This document shows positions 53,101 through 63,373 of a stretch of DNA of 64,000 nt, piece by piece. A program made the position numbers and the translations under genes. Every line of letters begins with the position of its first letter. The stretch's first letter is position 1. The DNA comes from Eledone cirrhosa (lineage: Eukaryota). The DNA is taken from the NCBI GenBank assembly GCA_964016885.1, contig OZ024764.1, positions 11,036,001 to 11,100,000 of the forward strand. Direction: 5' to 3'. The notes under the pieces are model-generated. The model had not been told where the DNA came from. It saw only the letters and a program-made list of their open reading frames with translations, and searched no databases.

Positions 53101-54460
53101 TCGTTAATATTATGATGTTCCCTGCTGTATTAGCGTTAAATTTTCCCTGCTGTATTAGCGATAAATTTTCGAGGGTTTCTCTTAGTAGCTTTTTCATGTC
53201 GTTAATATTATGATGTTCCCTGCTGTATTAGCGTTAAATTTTCCCTGCTGTATTAGCGATAAATTTTCGAGGGTTTCTCTTAGTAGCTTTTTCATGTCGT
53301 TAATATTATGATGTTCCCTGCTGTATTAGCGTTACATTTTCCCTGCTGTATTAGCGATAAATTTTCGAGGGTTTCTCTTAGTAGCTTTTTCATGTCGTTA
53401 ATATTATGATGTTCCCTGCTGTATTAGCGTTAAATTTTCCCTGCTGTATTAGCGATAAATTTTCGAGGGTTTCTCTTAGTAGCTTTTTCATGTCGTTAAT
53501 ATTATGATGTTCCCTGCTGTATTAGCGTTAAATTTTCCCTGCTGTATTAGCGATAAATTTTCGAGGGTTTCTCTTAGTAGCTTTTTTCATGACGTTATTA
53601 TTGTTAATTTTACTGATGTAGTATTAACTTATTAACTTGGATATTTACCATGCGGTATTCTAATCCTATTGTATCTCTCTCAGTTATTTACCATGCGACC
53701 CTCAGTTCCTACCCCCCCCTCTATGCACTTCTTTAAGGCTTACTACCCTGTCTTTAACCTAATTCATTCAATCTGAAAATATTGAAGAGATAAGACACTT
53801 TGCCATTCTTCTCTGCTAAAATGTACCACTGAGCTGATTCAAATTTTCCCAGCCAGCCATCCACCTAATCTACGAAGGTATTTTAGCCTACATATTGTCG
53901 TTAATATTATGATGTTCCCTGCTGTATTAGCGTTAAATTTTCCCTGCTGTATTAGCGATAAATTTTCGAGGGTTTCTCTTAGTAGCTTTTTCATGTCGTT
54001 AATATTATGATGTTCCCTGCTGTATTAGCGTTAAATTTTCCCTGCTGTATTAGCGATAAATTTTCGAGGGTTTCTCTTAGTAGCTTTTTCATGTCGTTAA
54101 TATTATGATGTTCCCTGCTGTATTAGCGTTAAATTTTCCCTGCTGTATTAGCGATAAATTTTCGAGGGTTTCTCTTAGTAGCTTTTTCATGTCGTTAATA
54201 TTATGATGTTCCCTGCTGTATTAGCGTTAAATTTTCCCTGCTGTATTAGCGATAAATTTTCGAGGGTTTCTCTTAGTAGCTTTTTCATGTCGTTAATATT
54301 ATGATGTTCCCTGCTGTATTAGCGTTAAATTTTCCCTGCTGTATTAGCGATAAATTTTCGAGGGTTTCTCTTAGTAGCTTTTTTCATGACGTTATTATTG
54401 TTAATTTTACTGATGTAGTATTAACTTGGATATTTACCATGCGACCCTCAGTTCCTACCT
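50165..54460 (+). repeat. Hierarchical tandem array: 98-bp monomers (with an internal 25-bp duplication) in runs of 2,3,6,6,6,5 separated by five copies of a ~310-bp block; ~900-bp higher-order period
   Basis: GAGGGTTTCTC at 50165, 50263 | 50671-50867 | 51276-51766 | 52178-52668 | 53073-53563 | 53968-54360. Confidence 0.95.
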
Positions 54461-54701
54461 CACAATTTCCCTCCCCCCACCCCCACACACCACCATAGTC
54501 TATTCGACCAATCAAACCTAGCATGCCATTTCCACTGCTGCTGCTGCTACTACCTGCCTAACTAACTCTCTCCTCCTCTGGCGCATCCCAACACACCCTG
54601 CCATTACCCCACCACCACTGTCCTTCTAGCCCTCAATTTTCCCACCGTTAGGGATGGATGAGCTGGGAATACACGAGCAACTCTGAATCAATAGATGAAA
54701 T

Positions 54702-57700
54702 ATGAATCTGCGAGCTACCAAGCACCCACGTGAAGCGCCAACCCAGAGACCCTGCCCTACGAGTGTCGACAAATGCCCAAAACTCCGAGTTGGTACCATC
54801 AATGTAGGCTCAATGAAAGGAAGAGCAGGAGAAATCGTAGAAATGCTAGAGCGAAAGGAAGTTGATGTATGCTGTGTGCAAGAGACTAGATGGAGAGGAG
54901 GGTCTGCTAGAGTCCTTGTAGGAAAAAGCCAGTGCTACAAATTTTTCTGGGTGGGAAATGACGATGGGATGGGTGGTGTAGGTATACTATTAGCTGACAA
55001 GTGGGTAGATAAAGTAATCTCAGTGTACAGGGTAAATGCAAGAATCATTAAACTCAGACTAGTCCTGAATAAGACAATTACCACAATAATATCAGCTTAC
55101 GCACCCCAATCGGGGCTGCCAGACGAACTTAAGGATAGGTTTTACGAGTCCCTAATACACACTACTGCTCTAACAGACGACAAGGACTTCCTAATCATTG
55201 CAGGAGATTTTAACGGACACGTAGGTAAACACTGCGACGGCTTCAATAGAGTACATGGAGGCCATGGAGTTGGCACAAGGAATGAGGAAGGATTCAGACT
55301 TCTAGAATTCTGCGACGCCAATGACATGTCGATATGTAACACAAACTTTAAAAAACCCGACAACCACCTGATCACCTATAGATCAGGGGAGCACTCTAGT
55401 CAGTTAGATTTTATCCTCATCAGAGGACGTGACAGATGGACGGTCGTAAACACAAAAGCCTTCCCTAGTGAGGAATGTACATCCCAACATAGCTTAGTTG
55501 TCAGCGACCTCACGGTCAGAACTAGACGAGCCCTGAAACAGAGGCCAACCTGGAGAAGAAAGATCTGGAAGCTGAAAGTCCCCTCAACCAGTAACAGATT
55601 TAAAGATATTTTACTCAACGCCTACGACAGTAAAGAAGAACAGATAGAGACATTTAACGTAGAAGAGAACTGGGAGTTCCTAAAAAATAACTTACTAGAG
55701 GCGACGGATGAGGTTTGTGGCTGGAGTAAGACCTCAAGCAGGAGGAGAGTGACTTGGTGGTGGAACAATAAGGTAGATGAAGCAGTCAAGGCCAAGAGAC
55801 AGGCATGGAAAGAATGGAAGAACGGGGGGAGCAGGGTACATTACATAGAGACCAAGAGGGAAGCTAGGCGACAAGTATACTTAGCTAGGAGGGAAGCAGA
55901 GGATAGAAAATTCAAGCATGTTTTACAACGTGAGGACCAGAAACAGGAGGTATTCAAGATTGCGAGGCAGTGTGTCAGAGATAGTTGTGATGTCATTGGA
56001 GAGAAGTGTATCCGGAATGATAAAGGTGAGCTTGCCCTCACAAGTGCTGAGAAGAAAGATGCATGGAAGAGTCATTATGATAGATTACTAAATGAGGAGA
56101 ATGCATGGGAAGAAGAGACCCTACCCCACGTAGACCCTATAGAGGGACCAGCAGTACAAGTCAGCGGCAGCGTAGTAAGTAAGGCAATCAGAGATATGAA
56201 GATAGGGAAGGCAACCGGTCCATCGGGTATAGCTGCCGAGATGCTGAAGGCATCTGGGTCTGTAGGTCACACTATAACCACACGTATCGTTAACCAGGTA
56301 ATACTAGAGGGGGCCATACCAAAAGATTGGTGCAGTAGCATCATTGTCAACTGCTACAAAGGTAAAGGCGATGCACTAGATAGAGGAAACTATAGAGGTA
56401 TAAAGTTGATGGACCAGGTCATGAAAGTAACAGAAAGAGTTATAGCACAGCTGATTAGGGACCGGGTGAATATAGACGAGATGCAATTTGGGTTTGTTCC
56501 AGGGAAAGGCACCACTGATGCGCTCTTCCTTGTGAGGCAATTACAGGAAAAGTACCTAGCTAAAAGTAAGCCACTCTACTTGGCATTTGTCGACCTTGAG
56601 AAAGCCTTTGACAGAGTTCCACGTGCAGTAATCTGGTGGGCTCTTAGAAAACTAGGAGTAGATGAATGGCTTGTGAAAGCGGTACAAGCCATGTATAGGG
56701 GAGCAGTCAGCAAAGTTAGGATTGGCAATGAGTATAGCGAGGAATTTAGCGTACAGGTTGGGGTCCACCAGGGCTCTGTTCTTAGCCCTCTCCTGTTCAT
56801 CATAGTCCTGCAGGCAATAACGGAGGAGTTTAAGACCGGATGCCCATGGGAACTCCTGTATGCTGATGACCTCGCACTCATAGCTGAATCTATGGTAGAA
56901 CTAGAGAATAAATTCCAAACCTGGAAGCAGGGACTAGAGAGAAAGGGCCTCAAAGTCAACATGACAAAGACTAAGGTCCTTATAAGTAGACGAGAAAACA
57001 GAACCCAGATCCCCTCAGGGAAATGGCCTTGCTCAGTATGTAGGAAAGGTGTAGGTAGGAACTCCATTCTTTGCCCCAAATGCAAACAATGGGTACACAA
57101 GAGATGTAGCGGGATCTCAGGAAGCTTAATTAAGAATGTAGGATTCACATGCAGCAGCTGTGCTGAAACAGCAAGCAAACAGCCACAGGAAACAAGTACC
57201 ACCAATCTCTGGGAGGGCCCTGTAGAAACAGTAGACAGCTTCTGCTACCTAGGTGACCGAATTAGCAACGGAGGTGGGTGCTCAGAAAGTACAATAACTA
57301 GGGTAAGAACGGGATGGAAGAAGTTTAGGGAACTACTACCACTGCTAGCTGCAAAAGGCTTCTCCCTCAGAATGAAAGGCAGACTGTATGATGCGTGTAT
57401 CCGAACAGCGATGTTGCATGGTAGTGAGACCTGGGCGCTGAAGGTGGAAGACTTACGTAGATTAGAGAGAAACGAAGCCTGCATGCTCCGATGGATGTGT
57501 AACAGTAATATACGTGAACGACAAAGCATAAATGAATTGAGAGAGAGACTGAGCATAAGAGGAATCAAATGCTGCGTGCAGGAGAGGCGGTTACGCTGGT
57601 ATGGACATGTGATGCGTATGAAGGATGACAGCTGCATAAAAAGGTGCAGAGCACTAGAAGTTGATGGAAACCGCGGAGTGGGGAGACCCAAGATGACTTG

Positions 57701-57821
57701 GGATGAGGTGATAAAAGCCGACCTTACCCAACTACACCTCTCAAAGTCAATGACACACGACCGTGACTTCTGGCGTCACGCAGTAATACAGGGTACCCGA
57801 CCTCCCATGGGTACATGCTGA
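54702..57821 (+). CDS. RTE LINE ORF, 1039 aa: AP endonuclease + reverse transcriptase + PHD-like zinc finger
   Basis: APE motifs GTINV, VQETRW, SAYAPQ, GDFNGH, LDFIL, SQH. RT motifs KGKGD..NYRGI, QFGF, FVDLEKAFD, GVHQGSVLSP, YADD, YLG. Finger C-x2-C...C-x2-C...H-x2-C...C-x2-C. No stops. Confidence 0.95.
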   Translation: MNLRATKHPREAPTQRPCPTSVDKCPKLRVGTINVGSMKGRAGEIVEMLERKEVDVCCVQETRWRGGSARVLVGKSQCYKFFWVGNDDGMGGVGILLADKWVDKVISVYRVNARIIKLRLVLNKTITTIISAYAPQSGLPDELKDRFYESLIHTTALTDDKDFLIIAGDFNGHVGKHCDGFNRVHGGHGVGTRNEEGFRLLEFCDANDMSICNTNFKKPDNHLITYRSGEHSSQLDFILIRGRDRWTVVNTKAFPSEECTSQHSLVVSDLTVRTRRALKQRPTWRRKIWKLKVPSTSNRFKDILLNAYDSKEEQIETFNVEENWEFLKNNLLEATDEVCGWSKTSSRRRVTWWWNNKVDEAVKAKRQAWKEWKNGGSRVHYIETKREARRQVYLARREAEDRKFKHVLQREDQKQEVFKIARQCVRDSCDVIGEKCIRNDKGELALTSAEKKDAWKSHYDRLLNEENAWEEETLPHVDPIEGPAVQVSGSVVSKAIRDMKIGKATGPSGIAAEMLKASGSVGHTITTRIVNQVILEGAIPKDWCSSIIVNCYKGKGDALDRGNYRGIKLMDQVMKVTERVIAQLIRDRVNIDEMQFGFVPGKGTTDALFLVRQLQEKYLAKSKPLYLAFVDLEKAFDRVPRAVIWWALRKLGVDEWLVKAVQAMYRGAVSKVRIGNEYSEEFSVQVGVHQGSVLSPLLFIIVLQAITEEFKTGCPWELLYADDLALIAESMVELENKFQTWKQGLERKGLKVNMTKTKVLISRRENRTQIPSGKWPCSVCRKGVGRNSILCPKCKQWVHKRCSGISGSLIKNVGFTCSSCAETASKQPQETSTTNLWEGPVETVDSFCYLGDRISNGGGCSESTITRVRTGWKKFRELLPLLAAKGFSLRMKGRLYDACIRTAMLHGSETWALKVEDLRRLERNEACMLRWMCNSNIRERQSINELRERLSIRGIKCCVQERRLRWYGHVMRMKDDSCIKRCRALEVDGNRGVGRPKMTWDEVIKADLTQLHLSKSMTHDRDFWRHAVIQGTRPPMGTC

Positions 57822-58130
57822 AGCATATAAACAATATGCCCCCCCCCCCCACCGCAAGGTGGTCGTGGAGGTGCCACGGCAAAAAAGCACCCAGCCCACA
57901 CTGTAAAGTGGACGTGTAGGCGCCACGAAAAAGCACCCAGCACTCACTGTAAATGAGGTTGGTGTTAGGAAGGGCATCCAGCTGTAGAAATCAAGCCAGA
58001 TCAGTTCCTGTATGAGCAAGGCATGGTCAGCCGACCAGACACTGCCCACAACAGGACAACCCGTCTAACCCATGCTAGCGTGGAAGAACTGACGTAAAAC
58101 GGTGATGATGATGATGATGATATATATATG

Positions 58131-58183
<53 letters not shown>

Positions 58184-58402
58184 TTTCTGAATTTGTTTAG
58201 CAAGATTCTTTATCAGAAAACGTGTGTTGAAACCGATATTGTTATACTTTGGGAGGGTCATGTTGCCAATAAGAAACACACGCACCAGTTGCTTTCACTT
58301 CAATTTATTTATAAATTTATTATAAATCAAATTTATAAATTTAGGAATTATAAATTTCCGGTTGGTTGGTTGGTTTCACAACCAGACGATTGTTCATATA
58401 TT

Positions 58403-58445
58403 GTCAAAGTTCTTTCGTCACACATTCTGTGACCTCTTCAGTGAC
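58403..58445 (-). ncRNA. Minimal type I hammerhead ribozyme motif (family B)
   Basis: Reverse complement identical to 47004-47046. Confidence 0.7.
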
Positions 58446-58876
58446 TGGGGATTCTTTTCTTTGTTTTTGTGCCTCTCCCTTGTTCTGTCCTACGCCATCT
58501 TGTTTTTGTGTGTGTTGCGTGCTTAGTTTGCGCATGTGTTACATCCGGGTGTCTGTGTGTGTTTATATTTGTTTATTTATTTGTTTATTTACATGTTACT
58601 GGTTGGTTGTTTGTTCTATGTGTGTTTTCACTTTGTCCTTAATTGTAAGTTGTGATGGTGCTGTTCCATTCATGTTTTCTATTTAATTTTGGTTGGAGTT
58701 CATTTATGTTCATTGCCTCTGTGATTTGTCTAAATAAACAAATAAATAAACAAATTTAAACACACACAGACACCCGAATGTAATACATGCGCAAACTAAG
58801 CACACAACACACACAAAACAAAGATGGCGTAGGACAGAACAAAGGAGAGGCACAAAAACAAAGAAAAGAATCCCCA

Positions 58877-58919
58877 GTCACTGAAGAGGTCACAGAATGT
58901 GTGACGAAAGAACTTTGAC
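58877..58919 (+). ncRNA. Minimal type I hammerhead ribozyme motif (family B)
   Basis: GTCA-CTGAAGA-G-GTCACA(GAATG)TGTGAC-GAAA-GAAC-TT-TGAC. Confidence 0.7.
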
Positions 58920-59094
58920 AATATATGAACAATCGTCTGGTTGTGGAACCAACCAACCAACCGGAAATTTATAAATTCCTAAATTTATAAATTTAATTTA
59001 TAATAAATTGAAGTGAAAGCAACTGGTGCGTGTGTTTCTTATTGGCAACATGACCCCCCCCCCCCCCAAAAAAAAAGTATAACAATATATATAT

Positions 59095-60490
59095 ATATAA
59101 TATATAAATATATTATACAGATAATACATAAAAGCAGTGAAATTCAAGTACTAAAGTGTTACATAGTCAATTTATTTAGCAATAATTGTTTCTACTTTTG
59201 GCACAAGGCCAGCAAATACTCAGTACATTACTTGTACTTTATTTTATCGACCCATTAAGGATGAAAGGCAAAGTTAACCTCGGCGGGATTTGAACTCAGT
59301 ATGGCAAGGGCCGTAACTCTATGCGTCAAAGCATGGCGTCCGACCCTCTACCGATACTGCCAATCCACCGCCCTTTATTTAGCAATAATGAACAAATACC
59401 GTGTTTATATAAATGGTATTTATATGTGTATGTATCTGTACACACACACACACAGACACACACACTACATACATACAAAGTATGTAGAAAATTATGAAAA
59501 AAACTTACCTTTTCTAGGACTGATAATAGTACGTGTGTTATATATTGTTAACTGAGGAGCTGATGTCAGGATTTCTGATGATGTTAATATTATCTACAGA
59601 TGTCAGTAGTGTCTACAGATTTTGGTATTGTCTACAGATGTGAGTACTGTCTACAGATATTTGTAGTCTACAGATGTCAGTATTGTCTACAGATGTGCAT
59701 ATCGTGTTTAGATGTGAATATTGTGTACAGATGTTTGTGTCGTCTACAGATGTTAGTGTGGTTTCCAGATGTCAGTATTCTCTACAGATGTCAGTAGTGT
59801 CTACAGATGTCAGTATTCTCTACAGATGTCAGTAGTGTCTACAGATGTCAGTATTCTCTACAGATGTCAGTATTCTCTACAGATGTTGGTATTGTCTACA
59901 GATGTCAGTATTAACTACAGATGTCGGTATTCTCCACTCTACCAGTAATATTCACTGCTGTCCAGTCATGTCCATTCACATCAACACTGTCCACAATTTA
60001 TGCACCAAAGTGTAATTTTTCAAGTTTTATAGTGTTGGTGATGGTGATGGTGTAGGTGTAGGTGGTGTTTTTGTTGCTGTGGGTGATATTAGTAGCAGTG
60101 GTGGTGGTGGTAATGGTGGTGGTGGTGATGGTGGTGGTGGTGGTGGTAATGTAGGTTTGGGGATGGTGATGGTGGTGGTAATGTAGGTGGTGGTGATGGT
60201 GGTGGTAATGGTGATGGTGGTGATGGCAATGTAGGTTTGGGGATGGTGATGGTGCTGGTGATGATGGTTTTGTTGGTGGTGGTGGTGATGGTGGTATATG
60301 TATACATATGTGTGCATGTAAATATATATATGCATATATATATATATTTACATATATTTGGGTGTATGTGTGTGGGGTTGGTGTATTATATATAAATATA
60401 TACATGCATTATATATATATATGTATATTCACACTCACACACACACACACACATATATATATAGACACACGTGTACAAACAGGAATGCAA
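59095..60490. repeat. Segmental duplication copy 2 (of ~1020-2200, with patchy similarity to ~3850-3900), containing a shorter 19-bp array (59594-59930, ~18 units) and a GGT tract
   Basis: Colinear alignment by eye. Confidence 0.9.
59187..59373 (-). mobile_element. Full-length tRNA-derived SINE with 16-bp TSD
   Basis: TSD TTTATTTAGCAATAAT at 59171-59186 and 59374-59389. A box TGGCAGTATCGG, B box GAGTTCAAATCC. Empty site at 1098-1113. Confidence 0.92.
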
Positions 60491-60608
60491 TAAATACTGA
60501 TGCATCCATCTCACCAGTCAATTGCTAAGGATACATTGTCTCATTGCTTATACAGAATTTAATTAAATATACTATACATACATTCATATATAAATAAATA
60601 AATAAATA

Positions 60609-60639
<31 letters not shown>

Positions 60640-60640
60640 T

Positions 60641-63329
60641 CATCATCATCATCATCATCATCGTTTAACGTCCATGTTCCACGCTTGCATGGGTTTGGAC
60701 GGGAGTTTTCCCACTTGAGGCAAGAGTGGTTGTCTTGCTCGCACAGGACTGTCTGGCGGGTTTTCTACAGCTGGATGCCCTTCCTAACACCAACCACATT
60801 TACAGTCTGGGGCTGGGAGGTTTTTACCGTGTTGCCTACACGGCCACATTACAGCGTGGACTGTCTGGCGGGTTTTCTACAGCTGGATGCCCTTCCTAAC
60901 ACCAACCACATTTACAGTCTGGGGCTGGGAGGTTTTTACCGTGTTGCCTACACGGCCACATTACAGCGTGGATTGTCTGGCTGGTTTTCTACAGCTGGAT
61001 GCCCTTCCTAACACCAACCACATTTACAGTGTGGGGCTGGGAGGTTTTTACCGTGTTGCCTACACGGCCACATTACAGCGTGGACTGTCTGGCGGGTTTT
61101 CTACAGCTGGATGCCCTTCCTAACACCAACCACATTTACAGTGTGGGACTGGGAGGTTTTTACCGTGTTGCCTACACGGTCACATTACAGCGTGGACTGT
61201 GTGTTTTTTTGTCGTGACACCTACATGATCTCATTTGTTTCGGCCTGGATTTTGTGGCACCAACATAACTTTACATTGAAAGGGGCGGTGTGGATGGGCT
61301 GGGGGTGGTGGGACGGGGGTGTATTTTGTTAGAGATGCCTACTGACTGTAGTAGGTTTTACTTTGTATTTAGGTAAGGCAGGTCTTCTCTATTACTGAGT
61401 ACCGCCAAAGGTCTCGGTCCAGTGACATTGTCTTGGAGAGGTGTAAGTGTGTGAGGTCGGAATTTATCAGCTCGTCCCAGGTTTTTCTGGGTCTGCCTAC
61501 TCCGTGGCTACCGTCTATCTTTATTGCCCTGCACTTTGCTATACAGCTGTCGTCTTTCATGCGCATCACGTGACCACACCAACGTAGCCTTCTCTCGAGT
61601 AAACAACATCTGATCCCTCTTATTTCTAATTTTTTCCTTAGTTCGTTTATGCTTTGCCGTTCGCGTATATTACTATTACATATCCAGCGGAGCATGCAAG
61701 CTTCGTTCCTCTCTAGTCTGCGTATATCCTCTGCACACAATGCCCAGGTCTCACTGCCATGCAACATTGCTGTTCGTATGCAGGCATCATACAACCTGCC
61801 TTTCATTTTTAGGGAGAACCCTTTAGCGGCTAATAGTGGTATAAGCTCTCTGAACTTTTTCCATCCAGTTCTGACTCTAGCTACTGTACTTTCAGAGCAC
61901 CCTCCCCCACTGCTGATTTTGTCACCCAGGTAACGGAAGCTGTCCACTATTTCTATAGAACCCTCTGCACAGTTGAAAGAGCTAGTATTCTGTGGGCACT
62001 TGCTGCTACTTATTGCACCAGAGCACCGGCCACATGTAAAATCTGTGTTCTTAGTTAGCTTACCTGTGATCCCACTACATCTTTTATGCACCCATACTTT
62101 GCATTTGGGACATAAAATGGAGTTTCTACCTACGCCTTTCCTACACACTGAGCATGGCCATTTCCCGGAAAGGACCGGCGCCTTATTTTCTTTCCTACAA
62201 ACTAGAACTTTAGTCTTAGCCAGGTTAATTTTAAGGCCTTTTGATTCTAGGCCGTGCTTCCATGTTTGGAATTTCTTCTCTAGCTCGGCCATTGATTCAG
62301 CTATGAGCGTTAGGTCATCTGCGTATAGGAGTTCCCATGGGCAGCCGGTCTTGAACTCCTCTGTTATAGCCTGAAGAGCAATAATAAATAGTAGGGGGCT
62401 AAGAACAGAGCCCTGATGGACACCAACTTTTACGCTAAACTCTTCACTATATTCGTTGTTAATTCTAACCTTGCTCACTGTTTCTTTATACATGGCTTGT
62501 ATAGCTCTCACAAGCCATTCGTCAACACCTAGTTTTCTAAGAGCCCACCAGATAATGGAACGGGGGACTCTGTCGAAGGCTTTCTCCAAGTCGACAAAGA
62601 CTAAGTATAGGGGTTTACTTTTAGCTAGGTACTTCAACTGTAGTTGTCGTACAATGAAAAGAGCGTCTGTGGTACTTTTGCCTGACACAAACCCGAACTG
62701 CATTTCATCTAGATCGATTCTCTCTCTGATTAGTTGCACTATTACTTTTTCCGTGACCTTCATGACCTGGTCGATTAATTTAATGCCTCTATAGTTACTC
62801 CTATCTAGGGCGTCTCCTTTACCCTTGTAGCAGTTAATGATGATGCTGCTACGCCAGTCCTTCAGAACAACCCCATTCTGTATGACTTGGTTTACTATCC
62901 GGGTGACCATGGTGTGTCCCACCGTTCCAGAGGCCTTCAGCATCTCAGCAACTATTTCCGAAGGCCCAGCCGCCTTACCCGTCTTCATTTGATTGCCTTA
63001 CTTATTATACTACCTTCAACTAACACTGCTGGTCCCTCTATTGGATCGATCTGGGGGAGACTATCCTTCTCCCATTTATTCTCCTCATTTAGTAGCCTCT
63101 CGTAGTGACACTTCCAAGCGACCTTCTTATCAGCGTCAGTGATGGCGAGTACGCCATCATCATTTAGTACACACTTCTCCCCAACAATATCACGGTTTTC
63201 CTTGACACATTGCCTAGCAATCCTGAACACCTCACGTTTTTGGTCCTCGCGTTGTAGAACATGCTTGAACTTTCTTTCCTCTGCTTCCCTTCTTGCGAAG
63301 TACACTTGTCTCCTAGCTTCCCTTGTGAG

Positions 63330-63330
<1 letters not shown>
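60641..63330 (-). pseudogene. 5'-truncated RTE LINE (second subfamily): RT + PHD region, with a frameshift near 62985
   Basis: ORFs 62985..63380 (from TREARRQ) and 61369..62988 align to consecutive parts of the 1039-aa ORF; KAIK-MK junction lacks ~4 nt; (GAT)n tail at 60641-60662. Confidence 0.92.
60748..61200. repeat. 112-bp tandem array (4 copies) inside the RTE 3'UTR
   Basis: Repeated ORFs at 60887, 60999, 61111 (period 112). Confidence 0.95.

Positions 63331-63369
<39 letters not shown>

Positions 63370-63373
<4 letters not shown>

Larger units (their letters stand above)
50165..58121 (+). mobile_element. Putative full-length RTE-clade LINE (tandem 5' region + ORF + 3'UTR + (GAT)n tail) inserted in (TA)n
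   Basis: Intact ORF, 3'UTR ends GACGTAAAACGGT(GAT)n, (TA)n on both sides. Inclusion of the 5' array in the element is inferred from continuity. Confidence 0.7.
58181..59090. mobile_element. Large inverted repeat (arms ~58235-58590 and ~58730-59085); probable inverted PLE pLTR, family B
   Basis: Mirror ORFs 58366+ and 58756- are near-identical; a hammerhead motif in each arm; (TA)n flanks. Confidence 0.8.

Noticed and set aside
50165-54460. CRISPR-like repeat/spacer arrangement in this and other arrays
   Set aside because: Intervening blocks are identical copies rather than unique spacers; eukaryotic context with no cas genes
55142-62794. Antisense ORFs overlapping the RTE ORFs
   Set aside because: Shadow frames of the LINE coding sequence
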